A stretch of DNA of 64,000 bases, taken from positions 701 to 64,700 of the forward strand of contig JAWXBI010000131.1 of the NCBI GenBank assembly GCA_034439915.1, given 5' to 3'. Shown piece after piece: positions 30,247 to 39,499 of the stretch. The position numbers and the translations under genes are program-made. Source of the DNA: Saprospiraceae bacterium. Lineage in GTDB: Bacteria; Bacteroidota; Bacteroidia; Chitinophagales; Saprospiraceae. Each line of letters opens with the position of its first letter. Within the stretch, counting starts at the first letter, position 1. A model generated the notes under the pieces. It was not told where the DNA came from. It was given only the letters and a program-made list of their open reading frames with translations, and did no database searches.

Positions 30247-31029
30247 ATGAAAAACATAATATTCGCACTTTTAGGATTCATTTTTCTGACAGTTACCGCT
30301 TGTTCTAAAAAGTCAACCGCAGCGACCACTGCTCCTCCGGCAGAGAAGCAGGCCACTATGTCATCTCCTTCTGCCTCAGATGCAAAAGCAGTAGAAGTTC
30401 TGAAAAATTATATTGACGCCATAGGAGGTAAGGACAAACTGAGCGGTGTCAAATCGATGATGATGAAAATGTCTGCTGCCACCGGGATGGGGGATATCCT
30501 GATCACCCAGTACATCAAAGACGGCAAAATGGCGATGAAAACCGAAATGAGCGGTAGTACAGTGATGGAACAAATATTTGATGGTACCAGCTTACAGGTA
30601 TCCGGAATGGGTGGGACACAAAATATTACTGATCAGGGAGCAATCAAAGGGGCTAAAAAACAAGCGCGAATGTTTGATGAGTTGGATCAGTTGACCTCGG
30701 ATAAATCGATAAAAAAGTATTTAGGCAGTGAACTCATCGAAGGCAAAAACGTCCACAAAATCAGTATTACAGATGAAGACAAAAATGAGACTACCCAATA
30801 TTTTGATGCGACCAGTAATTATTTGGTGCGCACGATTTCGACCAGCGATGCCATGGGCCAAAAATCAACCCAGACCATGGATTTTAATGATTATAAAGAA
30901 GTCAATGGGATTAAGTTTCCTCACCAGGTGAAACTTACCGGAGGGGCTGTGCCTTTTCCGCTTGATATGAAAATCACTGCACTGATGATCAACAGTGATT
31001 TACCTGATCAATTATTCAAAATCAATTAA
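30247..31029 (+). CDS. lipoprotein, LolA-like / outer-membrane lipoprotein-sorting-like fold (putative)
   Basis: 260 aa. Lipobox 'LTVTAC' and a low-complexity Ala/Thr/Ser linker. The 'IDAIGGKDKLSGVKSMMMKM' start resembles LolA-like DUF proteins. Paralogous to the next ORF. Confidence 0.6.
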   Translation: MKNIIFALLGFIFLTVTACSKKSTAATTAPPAEKQATMSSPSASDAKAVEVLKNYIDAIGGKDKLSGVKSMMMKMSAATGMGDILITQYIKDGKMAMKTEMSGSTVMEQIFDGTSLQVSGMGGTQNITDQGAIKGAKKQARMFDELDQLTSDKSIKKYLGSELIEGKNVHKISITDEDKNETTQYFDATSNYLVRTISTSDAMGQKSTQTMDFNDYKEVNGIKFPHQVKLTGGAVPFPLDMKITALMINSDLPDQLFKIN

Positions 31030-31047
31030 TGAAATAAATTTTTTAAG

Positions 31048-31749
31048 ATGAAAAAATTACTCCTACTTCTATTAACCGGATGTATTTTTCAAATCAATGC
31101 CCAATCCGATGCAAAATCGTTGGAAATTATTCAGAAAAGTATAGAGAAATCCGGAGGCAAAGAAAAGTTGGCTGCCGTCAAAAGTATGATTCGTAAAATG
31201 GAAGTCAGTTTGCCATTTGGTACTTCGGAGTCTGAAACATTTTATAAAAATGGTAAGATGTATATGAAATCGACCATGCAGGGCAATATCGTCATGGAAC
31301 AAAAATACGACGGCACACGGGCCTATATGGGGGGGATGCAGGGCAATCAGGTTATAGATGATGAACCCACAGTGAAAAGGTTTGCAGAACAGGCAAAGAT
31401 CTTTCCTCAACTCTCTATTATAGAAGGACAATCTACCCTCAGCTATGGCGGGATGAGCAAAATTGAAGGAAAGGATACGCACCTGATTTTATCCAAAGAC
31501 AAAGAAGGTAATGAGGCTAAACTCTATTTTAATGCAGAAAGCGGGTTGATGACCCGGATGATATCTACCGGAGAAATGCAGGGCACCAAAGTTGAAACCA
31601 TCATTGACCTGAAAGATTATAAAGCGGTGGATGGTATCTTATTTGCACATGTTATGAGTTTAAATAACGGGCAATTTCAAATGGAGATGAAAATCACTGA
31701 AATAAAGCTCAATCCGGAGATTCCGGACAGTACATTTTTTATTAATTGA
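31048..31749 (+). CDS. secreted paralog of the preceding LolA-like protein
   Basis: 233 aa with a signal peptide ('LLLLLLTGCIFQINAQ'). Collinear similarity to the upstream ORF: 'GGKEKLAAVKSM', 'KNGKMYMKS', 'VMEQKYDGT', 'DYKAVDGILF', C-terminal 'IPDSTFFIN' vs 'LPDQLFKIN'. Confidence 0.6.
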   Translation: MKKLLLLLLTGCIFQINAQSDAKSLEIIQKSIEKSGGKEKLAAVKSMIRKMEVSLPFGTSESETFYKNGKMYMKSTMQGNIVMEQKYDGTRAYMGGMQGNQVIDDEPTVKRFAEQAKIFPQLSIIEGQSTLSYGGMSKIEGKDTHLILSKDKEGNEAKLYFNAESGLMTRMISTGEMQGTKVETIIDLKDYKAVDGILFAHVMSLNNGQFQMEMKITEIKLNPEIPDSTFFIN

Positions 31750-31853
31750 GCCAATCCTCCAGGAAATAGTCGGAATAATCATTTAGTAGCCGTCTGGATA
31801 ACAGCTAAAACGTTGACCTATAGCCAATACAATCCATGCTATAAATTGTTTAA

Positions 31854-32309
31854 GTGGATAGGTTGAAAAGTTTTGCAGTTTGTTTATTTGTTACATGGTC
31901 CTGGCTGGGATTTGGTCAAGTAGGGTCACCAGCCGGACAAGAAAATTTAGGCTCCGCTACGTTGATTCATAAAGCTGCCAACGCCAGGTATGACCGTTGG
32001 GAAATCAGTTTTCATGACATCAGCCTCCAAAAGCAGGTGTTGTGGTTGCTGGCAAAATCCGAAAAAGACCAACCGTTAAACTCATCTTCCTACCGCATAC
32101 GGAAAAAACCATTTGATAAGATGGGTTTGAAGGACCTGTTATGTGTAATCACTTACGGGGACAAGCAAGTACCTGTAAAAAAGGGTACAATCAATTTAGT
32201 GATTAATCACTCCCGGTTAATTCTGGAGGCCAACTTAAAGGTAAAGGGTATGGGTATTAAAAAATACTCCTATAAAGGCAATTACAAAATTATTGAAGCG
32301 CGTAGATAA
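31854..32309 (+). CDS. hypothetical secreted protein
   Basis: 151-aa ORF with a GTG start and a signal-peptide-like N-terminus. No recognisable motif. Coding status rests on ORF length and position only. Confidence 0.4.
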   Translation: MDRLKSFAVCLFVTWSWLGFGQVGSPAGQENLGSATLIHKAANARYDRWEISFHDISLQKQVLWLLAKSEKDQPLNSSSYRIRKKPFDKMGLKDLLCVITYGDKQVPVKKGTINLVINHSRLILEANLKVKGMGIKKYSYKGNYKIIEARR

Positions 32310-32545
32310 ATTTTGCCCTCCTGGCAGCATGAGGACATTTGGATTCGTTAGTATAAAAACAGCCCCTGAAATAGAAGAGAAAATTTACTCCGAGAATACT
32401 CAAATTGTAGTAAAACAACAGGGGCTGTGCTCTCTCACTCTTTATTAACGGTATAATTTACAGGAAAATTCTATTTCCCCCATTTATTTTAATAAAATTT
32501 ATAATTTATTAAGGTATTGGCTTGTAATAAGATAAAATCCTTCTA

Positions 32546-33976
32546 TTAAAGAGCTTTGACCTCCGTCACCAGGTTTTGTAATACTTTTTTTGCATCCCCA
32601 AAAAGCATCCTGGTCTTGTCTTGAAAAAACAAGGGATTTTCTATACCGGCATAACCTGATCCCATCGACCTTTTGACGACTACCGTCATTTTAGATTTCC
32701 ACACTTCCAATACTGGCATGCCGTATATTGGGCTTGAGGGGTCATCTTTCGCAGCCGGATTCACGACATCATTGGCCCCTAATACCAGCACCACATCCGT
32801 ATGAGTCAATAATTCATTAGCTTCTTCAAGATCAATTAACTTAGGATAAGGGACGTCTGCTTCCGCCAACAATACATTCATATGACCAGGCATCCGCCCC
32901 GCAACGGGATGGATGGCATATTTTACTTCGACCCCGTTTGCTTCCAATATATCTTCAAGTTCTTTAGTCACTTTTTGCGCCTGGGCAACCGCCAACCCAT
33001 ACCCGGGTACAATCACCACAGATTTGGAATAATTAAGGCTTATAGCCAGGTCATTGATAGAAATTTCTTTTACTGATTTTACGCTGCCGTCCTTTGCCCC
33101 GGCTGCAGCTCCGCCTCCGCCAAAATTACCAATAAGAACATTGAGTATGGACCTGTTCATAGCTTTACACATCAGGATCGTCAGTAAGGTACCAGCAGCC
33201 CCAACCAAAATACCACCCGTCAACATGGCTTTGTTATCGTACAAGAACCCTCCGGAAGCTGCGGCAACACCGGTAAATGAATTCAACAAAGAAATAACAA
33301 CCGGCATATCCGCACCGCCAATAGGCATGACAAAAAACAACCCATAGAGAAGGGATAAAATCAAAACGAGGTAGAACAACACCTGGGTCATGTCTGGTCT
33401 CCATGCCAGGGTATATACCACTAAGCTTAAAATCAAAAACAGAATAATAAAATTGAACCAATGCTGCCCTTTAAAGGAAAAATCCTTCAGGCTGCCATTG
33501 AGTTTGCCCCAGGCAACCATGCTACCTGCAAAAGAGATGGATCCAATGATCAAACCGAGAAAGATTATGAACAGGAACCCTCCACTCAGCGCAGAAAAAA
33601 AGCCATCCTGGCCGCTGTATTGACTGGTCAGGTGATTAAATTCAATCAGCGAAATCAATGCGGCGCAAGCCCCACCCATACCATTAAACAAGCTAACCAT
33701 CTCGGGCATAGCGGTCATTTTGACTTTGCGGGCAGCAACCCATCCGACTACCGTGCCGATAACCAGACCTCCGAATATCCAGACGTGATTTTTAAGATAG
33801 CGGCCTTCTTCATCCTGGTAAAAAACGATGGTACCAATAATGGCTAAGACCATACCGGCCGCAGCAACCAGATTGCCTTTTCTGGCTGAAGTCGGACTGG
33901 ACAACATTTTAAGGCCGAGGATAAAAGTGACTGCGGCGATCAGATAAATGACGGTGAGTACACTCTGCTGGATCAT
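32546..33976 (-). CDS. pntB: NAD(P) transhydrogenase subunit beta
   Basis: 476 aa. Multi-TM N-terminal half and C-terminal dIII domain with 'VPGYGLAVAQAQ' and 'HPVAGRMPGHMNVLLAEA'. Confidence 0.96.
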   Translation of the reverse strand: MIQQSVLTVIYLIAAVTFILGLKMLSSPTSARKGNLVAAAGMVLAIIGTIVFYQDEEGRYLKNHVWIFGGLVIGTVVGWVAARKVKMTAMPEMVSLFNGMGGACAALISLIEFNHLTSQYSGQDGFFSALSGGFLFIIFLGLIIGSISFAGSMVAWGKLNGSLKDFSFKGQHWFNFIILFLILSLVVYTLAWRPDMTQVLFYLVLILSLLYGLFFVMPIGGADMPVVISLLNSFTGVAAASGGFLYDNKAMLTGGILVGAAGTLLTILMCKAMNRSILNVLIGNFGGGGAAAGAKDGSVKSVKEISINDLAISLNYSKSVVIVPGYGLAVAQAQKVTKELEDILEANGVEVKYAIHPVAGRMPGHMNVLLAEADVPYPKLIDLEEANELLTHTDVVLVLGANDVVNPAAKDDPSSPIYGMPVLEVWKSKMTVVVKRSMGSGYAGIENPLFFQDKTRMLFGDAKKVLQNLVTEVKAL

Positions 33977-34287
33977 TTGGATTTCTTTTGCTTAAACATT
34001 TCTAACATCCTGTCCGTGACTACAAAACCACCCGCCACGTTCAATGCCCCCAGGATCACGGCCAGAAAGCCCAGAATCAAGGCCATGTAATTATCTGATT
34101 CCGCCTTACCCATGACGATGATCGCTCCGAGTACGACTACACCATGTATCGCGTTGGCCCCACTCATTAATGGCGTATGCAATACACTGGGTACCCGTCC
34201 TATGATCTCGATGCCCAAAAAGACCATGAGGAGGACTATATAAATGATTTGCTGATGAGTATTTATCCATTCTAACATGAGAATCAA
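33973..34287 (-). CDS. NAD(P) transhydrogenase subunit alpha, part 2 (membrane domain)
   Basis: 104-aa hydrophobic protein ('HTPLMSGANAIHG'), with a 4-nt overlap with pntB. Confidence 0.9.
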   Translation of the reverse strand: MILMLEWINTHQQIIYIVLLMVFLGIEIIGRVPSVLHTPLMSGANAIHGVVVLGAIIVMGKAESDNYMALILGFLAVILGALNVAGGFVVTDRMLEMFKQKKSK

Positions 34288-34293
34288 TTAAAG

Positions 34294-35370
34294 TTATTTA
34301 GTGATACAGGCCGCTTGTATAATTTCATTCGAAGCATCGTGATTGATTTTACCCTCTTTAATTAACGTATGGAGGAAATTCAAATAATTATTGCTGAGTA
34401 AAAAACTGGCGTCGATGGAAACGGTATCTGCCAATTGGCTGCTGCCGACCACCGTGATACCATGATGGTTTATGGATTTTTGATCCTCTGTCACTTCACA
34501 ATTGCCCCCGGTAGACGAAGCTAAATCGATAATTACCGATCCGACTCTCATTTTCTCCAGGGTGTTTGCAGTTATGAGTACTGGTGCTTTTTTGCCCCGG
34601 ATCTGGGCGGTGCATATCACCACGTCTGCTTTGGACGCTTTTTCCTGGACCATTTGCCTTTGCCTTTGCAGAAAGTCTTCACTTTGTTCAACCGCATAAC
34701 CACCGGCGGATTTTTCATCTCTGGCTCCTTCTACTTCGACAAATTTGGCCCCAAGGCTCTCCACTTCTTCTTTCACTGCCTTTCGGGTATCGAACACTTC
34801 AACTACAGCTCCAAGCCTCCTTGCCGTGGCAATAGCTTGCAAACCAGCTACTCCGGCACCCAATACCAATACTTTGGCTGGTTTTACGGTACCGCTTGCA
34901 GTCATCAGCATAGGAAAATATCTGGGCAACAAGGTTGCCGCCATCAAAACCGCTTTATAACCCGCAATGGATGCCATGGACGAGAGTACATCCATCGATT
35001 GTGCTAAACTGCTCCTGGGAATCATATCCAGAGAATAGGCATGGAGTTCCTTTGATTTATAAGGTGCCTCAATCCCCGGAGTCTGATAGGGAGCAAACAT
35101 AGAAACGAGTACTGTACCGGGTCTGATGAATTCAAGGTCTTGTAAAGACGGGGGCAAGGCACTCAATAGGATGTCGGATTGATTAAGGACAGTATTTCTA
35201 TCTTCAAATCTGACTTTTCCCCCAAAAATTTTATCCGGAAGCGATGCGGCATCGCCACTTCCTTTTTCTACCAATAACAGGCATGGTATTTTGAGGTATT
35301 TATCAACGGTTTCGGGTACTAAAGCTATTCTGGGGTCGCCTTTACTTGAAATTATCCCAACATTCAACAT
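34294..35370 (-). CDS. pntA: NAD(P) transhydrogenase subunit alpha, part 1 (dI domain)
   Basis: 358 aa. Alanine-dehydrogenase/PNT fold with Rossmann motif 'VLVLGAGVAGLQAIATARRLGA'. Confidence 0.95.
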   Translation of the reverse strand: MLNVGIISSKGDPRIALVPETVDKYLKIPCLLLVEKGSGDAASLPDKIFGGKVRFEDRNTVLNQSDILLSALPPSLQDLEFIRPGTVLVSMFAPYQTPGIEAPYKSKELHAYSLDMIPRSSLAQSMDVLSSMASIAGYKAVLMAATLLPRYFPMLMTASGTVKPAKVLVLGAGVAGLQAIATARRLGAVVEVFDTRKAVKEEVESLGAKFVEVEGARDEKSAGGYAVEQSEDFLQRQRQMVQEKASKADVVICTAQIRGKKAPVLITANTLEKMRVGSVIIDLASSTGGNCEVTEDQKSINHHGITVVGSSQLADTVSIDASFLLSNNYLNFLHTLIKEGKINHDASNEIIQAACITK

Positions 35371-35386
35371 GCTCTGTATAGATTGT

Positions 35387-35422
35387 AAAAAAAACAGCGC
35401 AAAGATATAAAATTTATACGCT
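35387..35422 (-). terminator. terminator-like hairpin plus U8 between uvrC and pntA
   Basis: On the minus strand: interrupted stem AGCG-TATAAA / TTTATA-CGCT (4 + 6 bp, 6-nt bulge) followed by T8. It ends only 17 nt upstream of the pntA start codon. Confidence 0.4.
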
Positions 35423-35471
35423 AAAGCGGTTTAGTTTGGCATTGAGGAGAAGGTTGTGCATAAGATAAGTT

Positions 35472-37289
35472 CTATTCTTCTTCACTGAAATCCGGATGAA
35501 AGTACTGGTACACCTGCTCTGCTTTTTTTTTGCCGATCAGCGGACTCAATGCAGCCTGATCCGCTTCCTGTACCCTGGCCATAGATCCAAAATGTTTGAG
35601 CAGTACTTCTGCGGATTTTTTGGCGATTCCCGGTATATCGGTCAATCCCGTAGTGAGAAAGGAGCGTGATCGCTGGTCCCGGTGAAATCGAATGGCAAAT
35701 CGATGGGCTTCATTCCGGATTTTCTGGATGACTTTCAGGGACTCTGATTTTTTATCAATATAGAGCGGTACCGGGTCATTGGGGAAATAAATCTCTTCCA
35801 GTCTTTTGGCAATACCCACGACTTTGATGGTTTTGTCCAGGCCAAGACGGGTAATGCTCTCCATGGCTGCACTTAACTGGCCCTTGCCTCCATCGATTAC
35901 TACCAGGTCGGGTAAGGGTTTTAATTCATCGACCAGCCGTCGGTACCGGCGGTAAACAATTTCGGCCATGGAAGCAAAATCATCTGGCCCTTCTACGGAT
36001 TTTACATTATAATGCCGGTAGTCGTTTTTTGAAGGTTTGGCATTTTTAAAAACTACACATGCTGCGACCGGATTAGATCCCTGAATATTTGAATTGTCAA
36101 AACATTCAATGTATGCCGGTTCTTTTTCCATTCGCAGGTCAATTTTAAGGGTATTGAGTATACGCTGGACTGCTATAGGTTTTTTGGTGTTCGATACAAT
36201 TTCGCTTTTCTTTTGCAGGATATAATACCGCAGGTTTTTCTGAGATAGCTCCAGTAATTTTTTTTTGTCACCGCGTTGAGGAAAAACTACCCTGATCTCC
36301 TTATTGTTAATATGGATGGGAAACGGAACGATGATTTCATCGGCAATACTGGAAAACGTATCGCGGCATTCCAAAATAGCATAGGCCAGCAGGGTTTCCT
36401 GATCATCGTCCAGGTTTTTTTCCATCTCGAAAGTATGGGAATTAATCAATGCCCCTTTGATAATCCTCAGGTAGTTTACGGTAGCTTCCTTATCATCGAT
36501 TTGGATGCTGAATACATCTACATCACCAATACTGGAATGGACCACCATGGACCTGGATTGATAGTCATTAAATGCGTCCAATCGTATTTTATAAGCATGG
36601 GCAGCTTCAAAGTCCAGGATTTCCGCCGTTCGATCCATTTGTGTCTGTAAATACAATTTGGCATCACCAAAATTCCCATTCAATATGTTCCGGATTTGTT
36701 TGATGCGCGCATCATAATCGGGTTGAGTTTCATACGCTTCGCAAGGCCCCAGGCAATTTTTAATATGATATTCGAGGCAAACTTTAAACTTTTTTTTGGC
36801 AATGTTTTCCTCGGTCAGGAGCAAGGTGCAATTGCGGATAGGGAATAACGATTTGATAAAATCCAGTACGATTTCGGCTTTGTATTTTGAGGTATAGGGA
36901 CCGAAATAATCCGATCCGTCCCGGTAAATCCGGCGGGTAAAATAGATCCTTGGAAACCGTTCTTTTTTAATACAGATGAAAGCGTAGGTTTTACCATCTT
37001 TCAGGCTGACATTATATCGGGGCTGGTGGTTTTTTATCAGTGTACTTTCCAGTAACAGAGCATCATGTTCGGTTTCAACCACGAGGTATTCCAATCGTTC
37101 AGCATGGCGTACCATGGAGATCGTTTTGAAACTGTGACTTTTAGAATCCGTAAAATAGGAGGTGGTTCGCTTGAATAAATTTTTTGCTTTGCCAACATAA
37201 ATAATTGATCCTTTTCCATCCATAAATTTATAGATCCCGGGTTGTTCAGGTATCAGGGGTTGTATCAATTTAAATGTATCCCGGTTCAT
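35472..37289 (-). CDS. uvrC: excinuclease ABC subunit C
   Basis: 605 aa. GIY-YIG 'PGIYKFMDGKGSIIYVGKAKNLFKRTTSYF', UVR domain, C-terminal HhH 'IPGIAKKSAEVLLKHFGS'. Confidence 0.97.
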   Translation of the reverse strand: MNRDTFKLIQPLIPEQPGIYKFMDGKGSIIYVGKAKNLFKRTTSYFTDSKSHSFKTISMVRHAERLEYLVVETEHDALLLESTLIKNHQPRYNVSLKDGKTYAFICIKKERFPRIYFTRRIYRDGSDYFGPYTSKYKAEIVLDFIKSLFPIRNCTLLLTEENIAKKKFKVCLEYHIKNCLGPCEAYETQPDYDARIKQIRNILNGNFGDAKLYLQTQMDRTAEILDFEAAHAYKIRLDAFNDYQSRSMVVHSSIGDVDVFSIQIDDKEATVNYLRIIKGALINSHTFEMEKNLDDDQETLLAYAILECRDTFSSIADEIIVPFPIHINNKEIRVVFPQRGDKKKLLELSQKNLRYYILQKKSEIVSNTKKPIAVQRILNTLKIDLRMEKEPAYIECFDNSNIQGSNPVAACVVFKNAKPSKNDYRHYNVKSVEGPDDFASMAEIVYRRYRRLVDELKPLPDLVVIDGGKGQLSAAMESITRLGLDKTIKVVGIAKRLEEIYFPNDPVPLYIDKKSESLKVIQKIRNEAHRFAIRFHRDQRSRSFLTTGLTDIPGIAKKSAEVLLKHFGSMARVQEADQAALSPLIGKKKAEQVYQYFHPDFSEEE

Positions 37290-38491
37290 ACTCGTTTAGA
37301 ATAATTGTATATCAGTTGATCTATAAGGTGCCCGCTGACGGGAGCCAGTGAAAGGCCCAGCATACCATGCCCGGTATTGAGGAAAACATTTTCTAAAGGC
37401 TCCAAACGCGAAATTAAGGGTAAACCAGTAGCCGATAATGGACGGAACCCAAACCAGGGGGTAATTGATTTCAATTTGGCCTGTTGGTAATCGGGCAGGT
37501 AAGTTTCTATAGTATTTAATATGCCTTCGATACGTCCGGATAAAATCCTGTTGTTGATACCGGCCAATTCCATCGTCCCCCCAAGCCTCAACGCCTTACC
37601 CATCGGTGTGACAGCAACCCGGCCTTCTACCAGGATCATAGGCGTAGTAAATTGAGGTTGTGCATCTTCGAGTGTGATGTTGTATCCCTTGCCGCCTTCG
37701 AGGTTCAATTGACCACCGGCAAGGCGCGCCAGTTCACCGCTCCATGCACCGGCCGCCAGAATAAATGCATCGGCACCAATTTCGCCTGCAGTTGTGGTGA
37801 TATGGCGTATGGTCCTATTTTTTTTATTAAAGTGCAGGACCTTGCTATTTGGCCTCCATTCCACCTTGTCCTTCAGATACGATATTAACCCTTTCATCAG
37901 TTCCCCGGGATGGAGGTGCATGTCATCCAAATAATGCACACCCCCCAGGGCGTTGATCCGGACGCCTGGATTTATTTTTTCCAGTTCATTAAAATTTAAT
38001 ACTTGGACCTTCATTCCCAGTCTTTCACCTTTTTTGGACATTTCAATTTCCTCGGATAAACCATGAGCCGTATTGCATGCCATGATGATGCCTTTTGGAT
38101 ATAACTTAAAGTCAAGGGCATTGCCAGCCAGTCCGGAATATAATAACCTGGACCAAAACAATAAGGAAGATAAGGGGCCGATAGAGTTTTGGACATGGCT
38201 CTTTGTAGCGTGACTGAAAAACTGAACTCCCCACTTTAAAAAATCGGCATCCCACCTTGGTTTCAGGTAAAAAGGGCTGGTATCCTTAAACATCCATTTT
38301 ATACTCTGGCGAACAACTCCGGGAGCAGCCAAAGGAATAAAATGGCTGGGACAAATCATTCCGGCATTTCCATATGAAGCTCCCTGATCGAACCCATGCT
38401 GATCAACCAGGACGACCTCATGCCCGGATTGAACCAGGTAATAGGCACTGAACAATCCGATTACACCACCACCAAGGATACCAATACGCAT
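37286..38491 (-). CDS. FAD-dependent oxidoreductase (D-amino-acid / D-hydroxyproline dehydrogenase-like)
   Basis: 401 aa. N-terminal dinucleotide-binding 'IGILGGGVIGLFSAYYL'; DAO-family length. It lies next to a proline-racemase-family gene and has a 4-nt overlap with uvrC. Confidence 0.8.
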   Translation of the reverse strand: MRIGILGGGVIGLFSAYYLVQSGHEVVLVDQHGFDQGASYGNAGMICPSHFIPLAAPGVVRQSIKWMFKDTSPFYLKPRWDADFLKWGVQFFSHATKSHVQNSIGPLSSLLFWSRLLYSGLAGNALDFKLYPKGIIMACNTAHGLSEEIEMSKKGERLGMKVQVLNFNELEKINPGVRINALGGVHYLDDMHLHPGELMKGLISYLKDKVEWRPNSKVLHFNKKNRTIRHITTTAGEIGADAFILAAGAWSGELARLAGGQLNLEGGKGYNITLEDAQPQFTTPMILVEGRVAVTPMGKALRLGGTMELAGINNRILSGRIEGILNTIETYLPDYQQAKLKSITPWFGFRPLSATGLPLISRLEPLENVFLNTGHGMLGLSLAPVSGHLIDQLIYNYSKRV

Positions 38492-38500
38492 GAGGCAAAA

Positions 38501-39499
38501 CTACAAAACCTGAAAGCCATGTGCATAAGGGTCGTCATCATCGATGAATAGGGTATTGAACCCCGTGATTTTAGCCCATCCTTCAATACTGGGTATAATC
38601 GCGGATTTACCATAATAATCCAGGGTGTCTTCGACCTTACCTCTAAAAACACTGTGGATGATACTCTCATGGATAAAATAATCTTCTTTTTTTAACTTAC
38701 CCTGAGCAGCCCATTGTGCCATCCGCGCCGAAGTACCAGTGCCACAGGGTGACCGGTCGATCGCTTTATCACCATAGAATACCGCGTTCCGGGCATGGGA
38801 TGATTTTTCTCTTGGTTTGCCTGCCCAGAGTATATGAGAGCAGGAATTAATAGTAGCATCCACCGGATGATGGAAGGTGCGCAAGGCATTGATATTGTTC
38901 CTGAGTATGGGGCTCCACTGAATGAGCTGGCCTGCTGAATAAGACTCAATTCCATTAAACCCGGCTTGATAGTCCACGATAGCATAGAAATTACCCCCGT
39001 AAGCCACGTCTACTTTTATCATTCCGAGCGTAGGACATTCGACAGCGAGGTTTGAAACTTCCAGGTAAGATGGCACATTGGTCAGCTTTACCGAACTGAC
39101 CTTGTCGTTAACCATTACATAATCAATCAGGACCAGGCCGGCCGGTGCTTCCATTCGGACCTTACCCGGGATTTTTGGTTTGATTAGTCCGTGTTCGATC
39201 CCTATGGTAATGGTACCAATGGTGCCGTGACCGCACATGGGAAGGCATCCACTGGTTTCAATAAATAAAACCGCTACATCGTTTGCAGGATCATGCGGAG
39301 GGTACAATATACTTCCGCTCATCATGTCATGTCCCCGTGGCTCAAACATCAGTCCCTTGCGGATCCAGTCAAATTCTTTCAGGAAATGCTGGCGTTTCTC
39401 ACTCATATTGTTCCCATACAAGGCGGGTCCGCCACCGGCAACCAGGCGCACCGGGTTACCACAGGTGTGGGCATCGATACAAAAAAAACTTTGTCGCAT
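38501..39499 (-). CDS. proline racemase family protein (probable 4-hydroxyproline 2-epimerase)
   Basis: 332 aa; both catalytic Cys contexts are present ('GCLPMCGHGTIG', 'DRSPCGTGTSARMA'). Confidence 0.88.
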   Translation of the reverse strand: MRQSFFCIDAHTCGNPVRLVAGGGPALYGNNMSEKRQHFLKEFDWIRKGLMFEPRGHDMMSGSILYPPHDPANDVAVLFIETSGCLPMCGHGTIGTITIGIEHGLIKPKIPGKVRMEAPAGLVLIDYVMVNDKVSSVKLTNVPSYLEVSNLAVECPTLGMIKVDVAYGGNFYAIVDYQAGFNGIESYSAGQLIQWSPILRNNINALRTFHHPVDATINSCSHILWAGKPREKSSHARNAVFYGDKAIDRSPCGTGTSARMAQWAAQGKLKKEDYFIHESIIHSVFRGKVEDTLDYYGKSAIIPSIEGWAKITGFNTLFIDDDDPYAHGFQVL

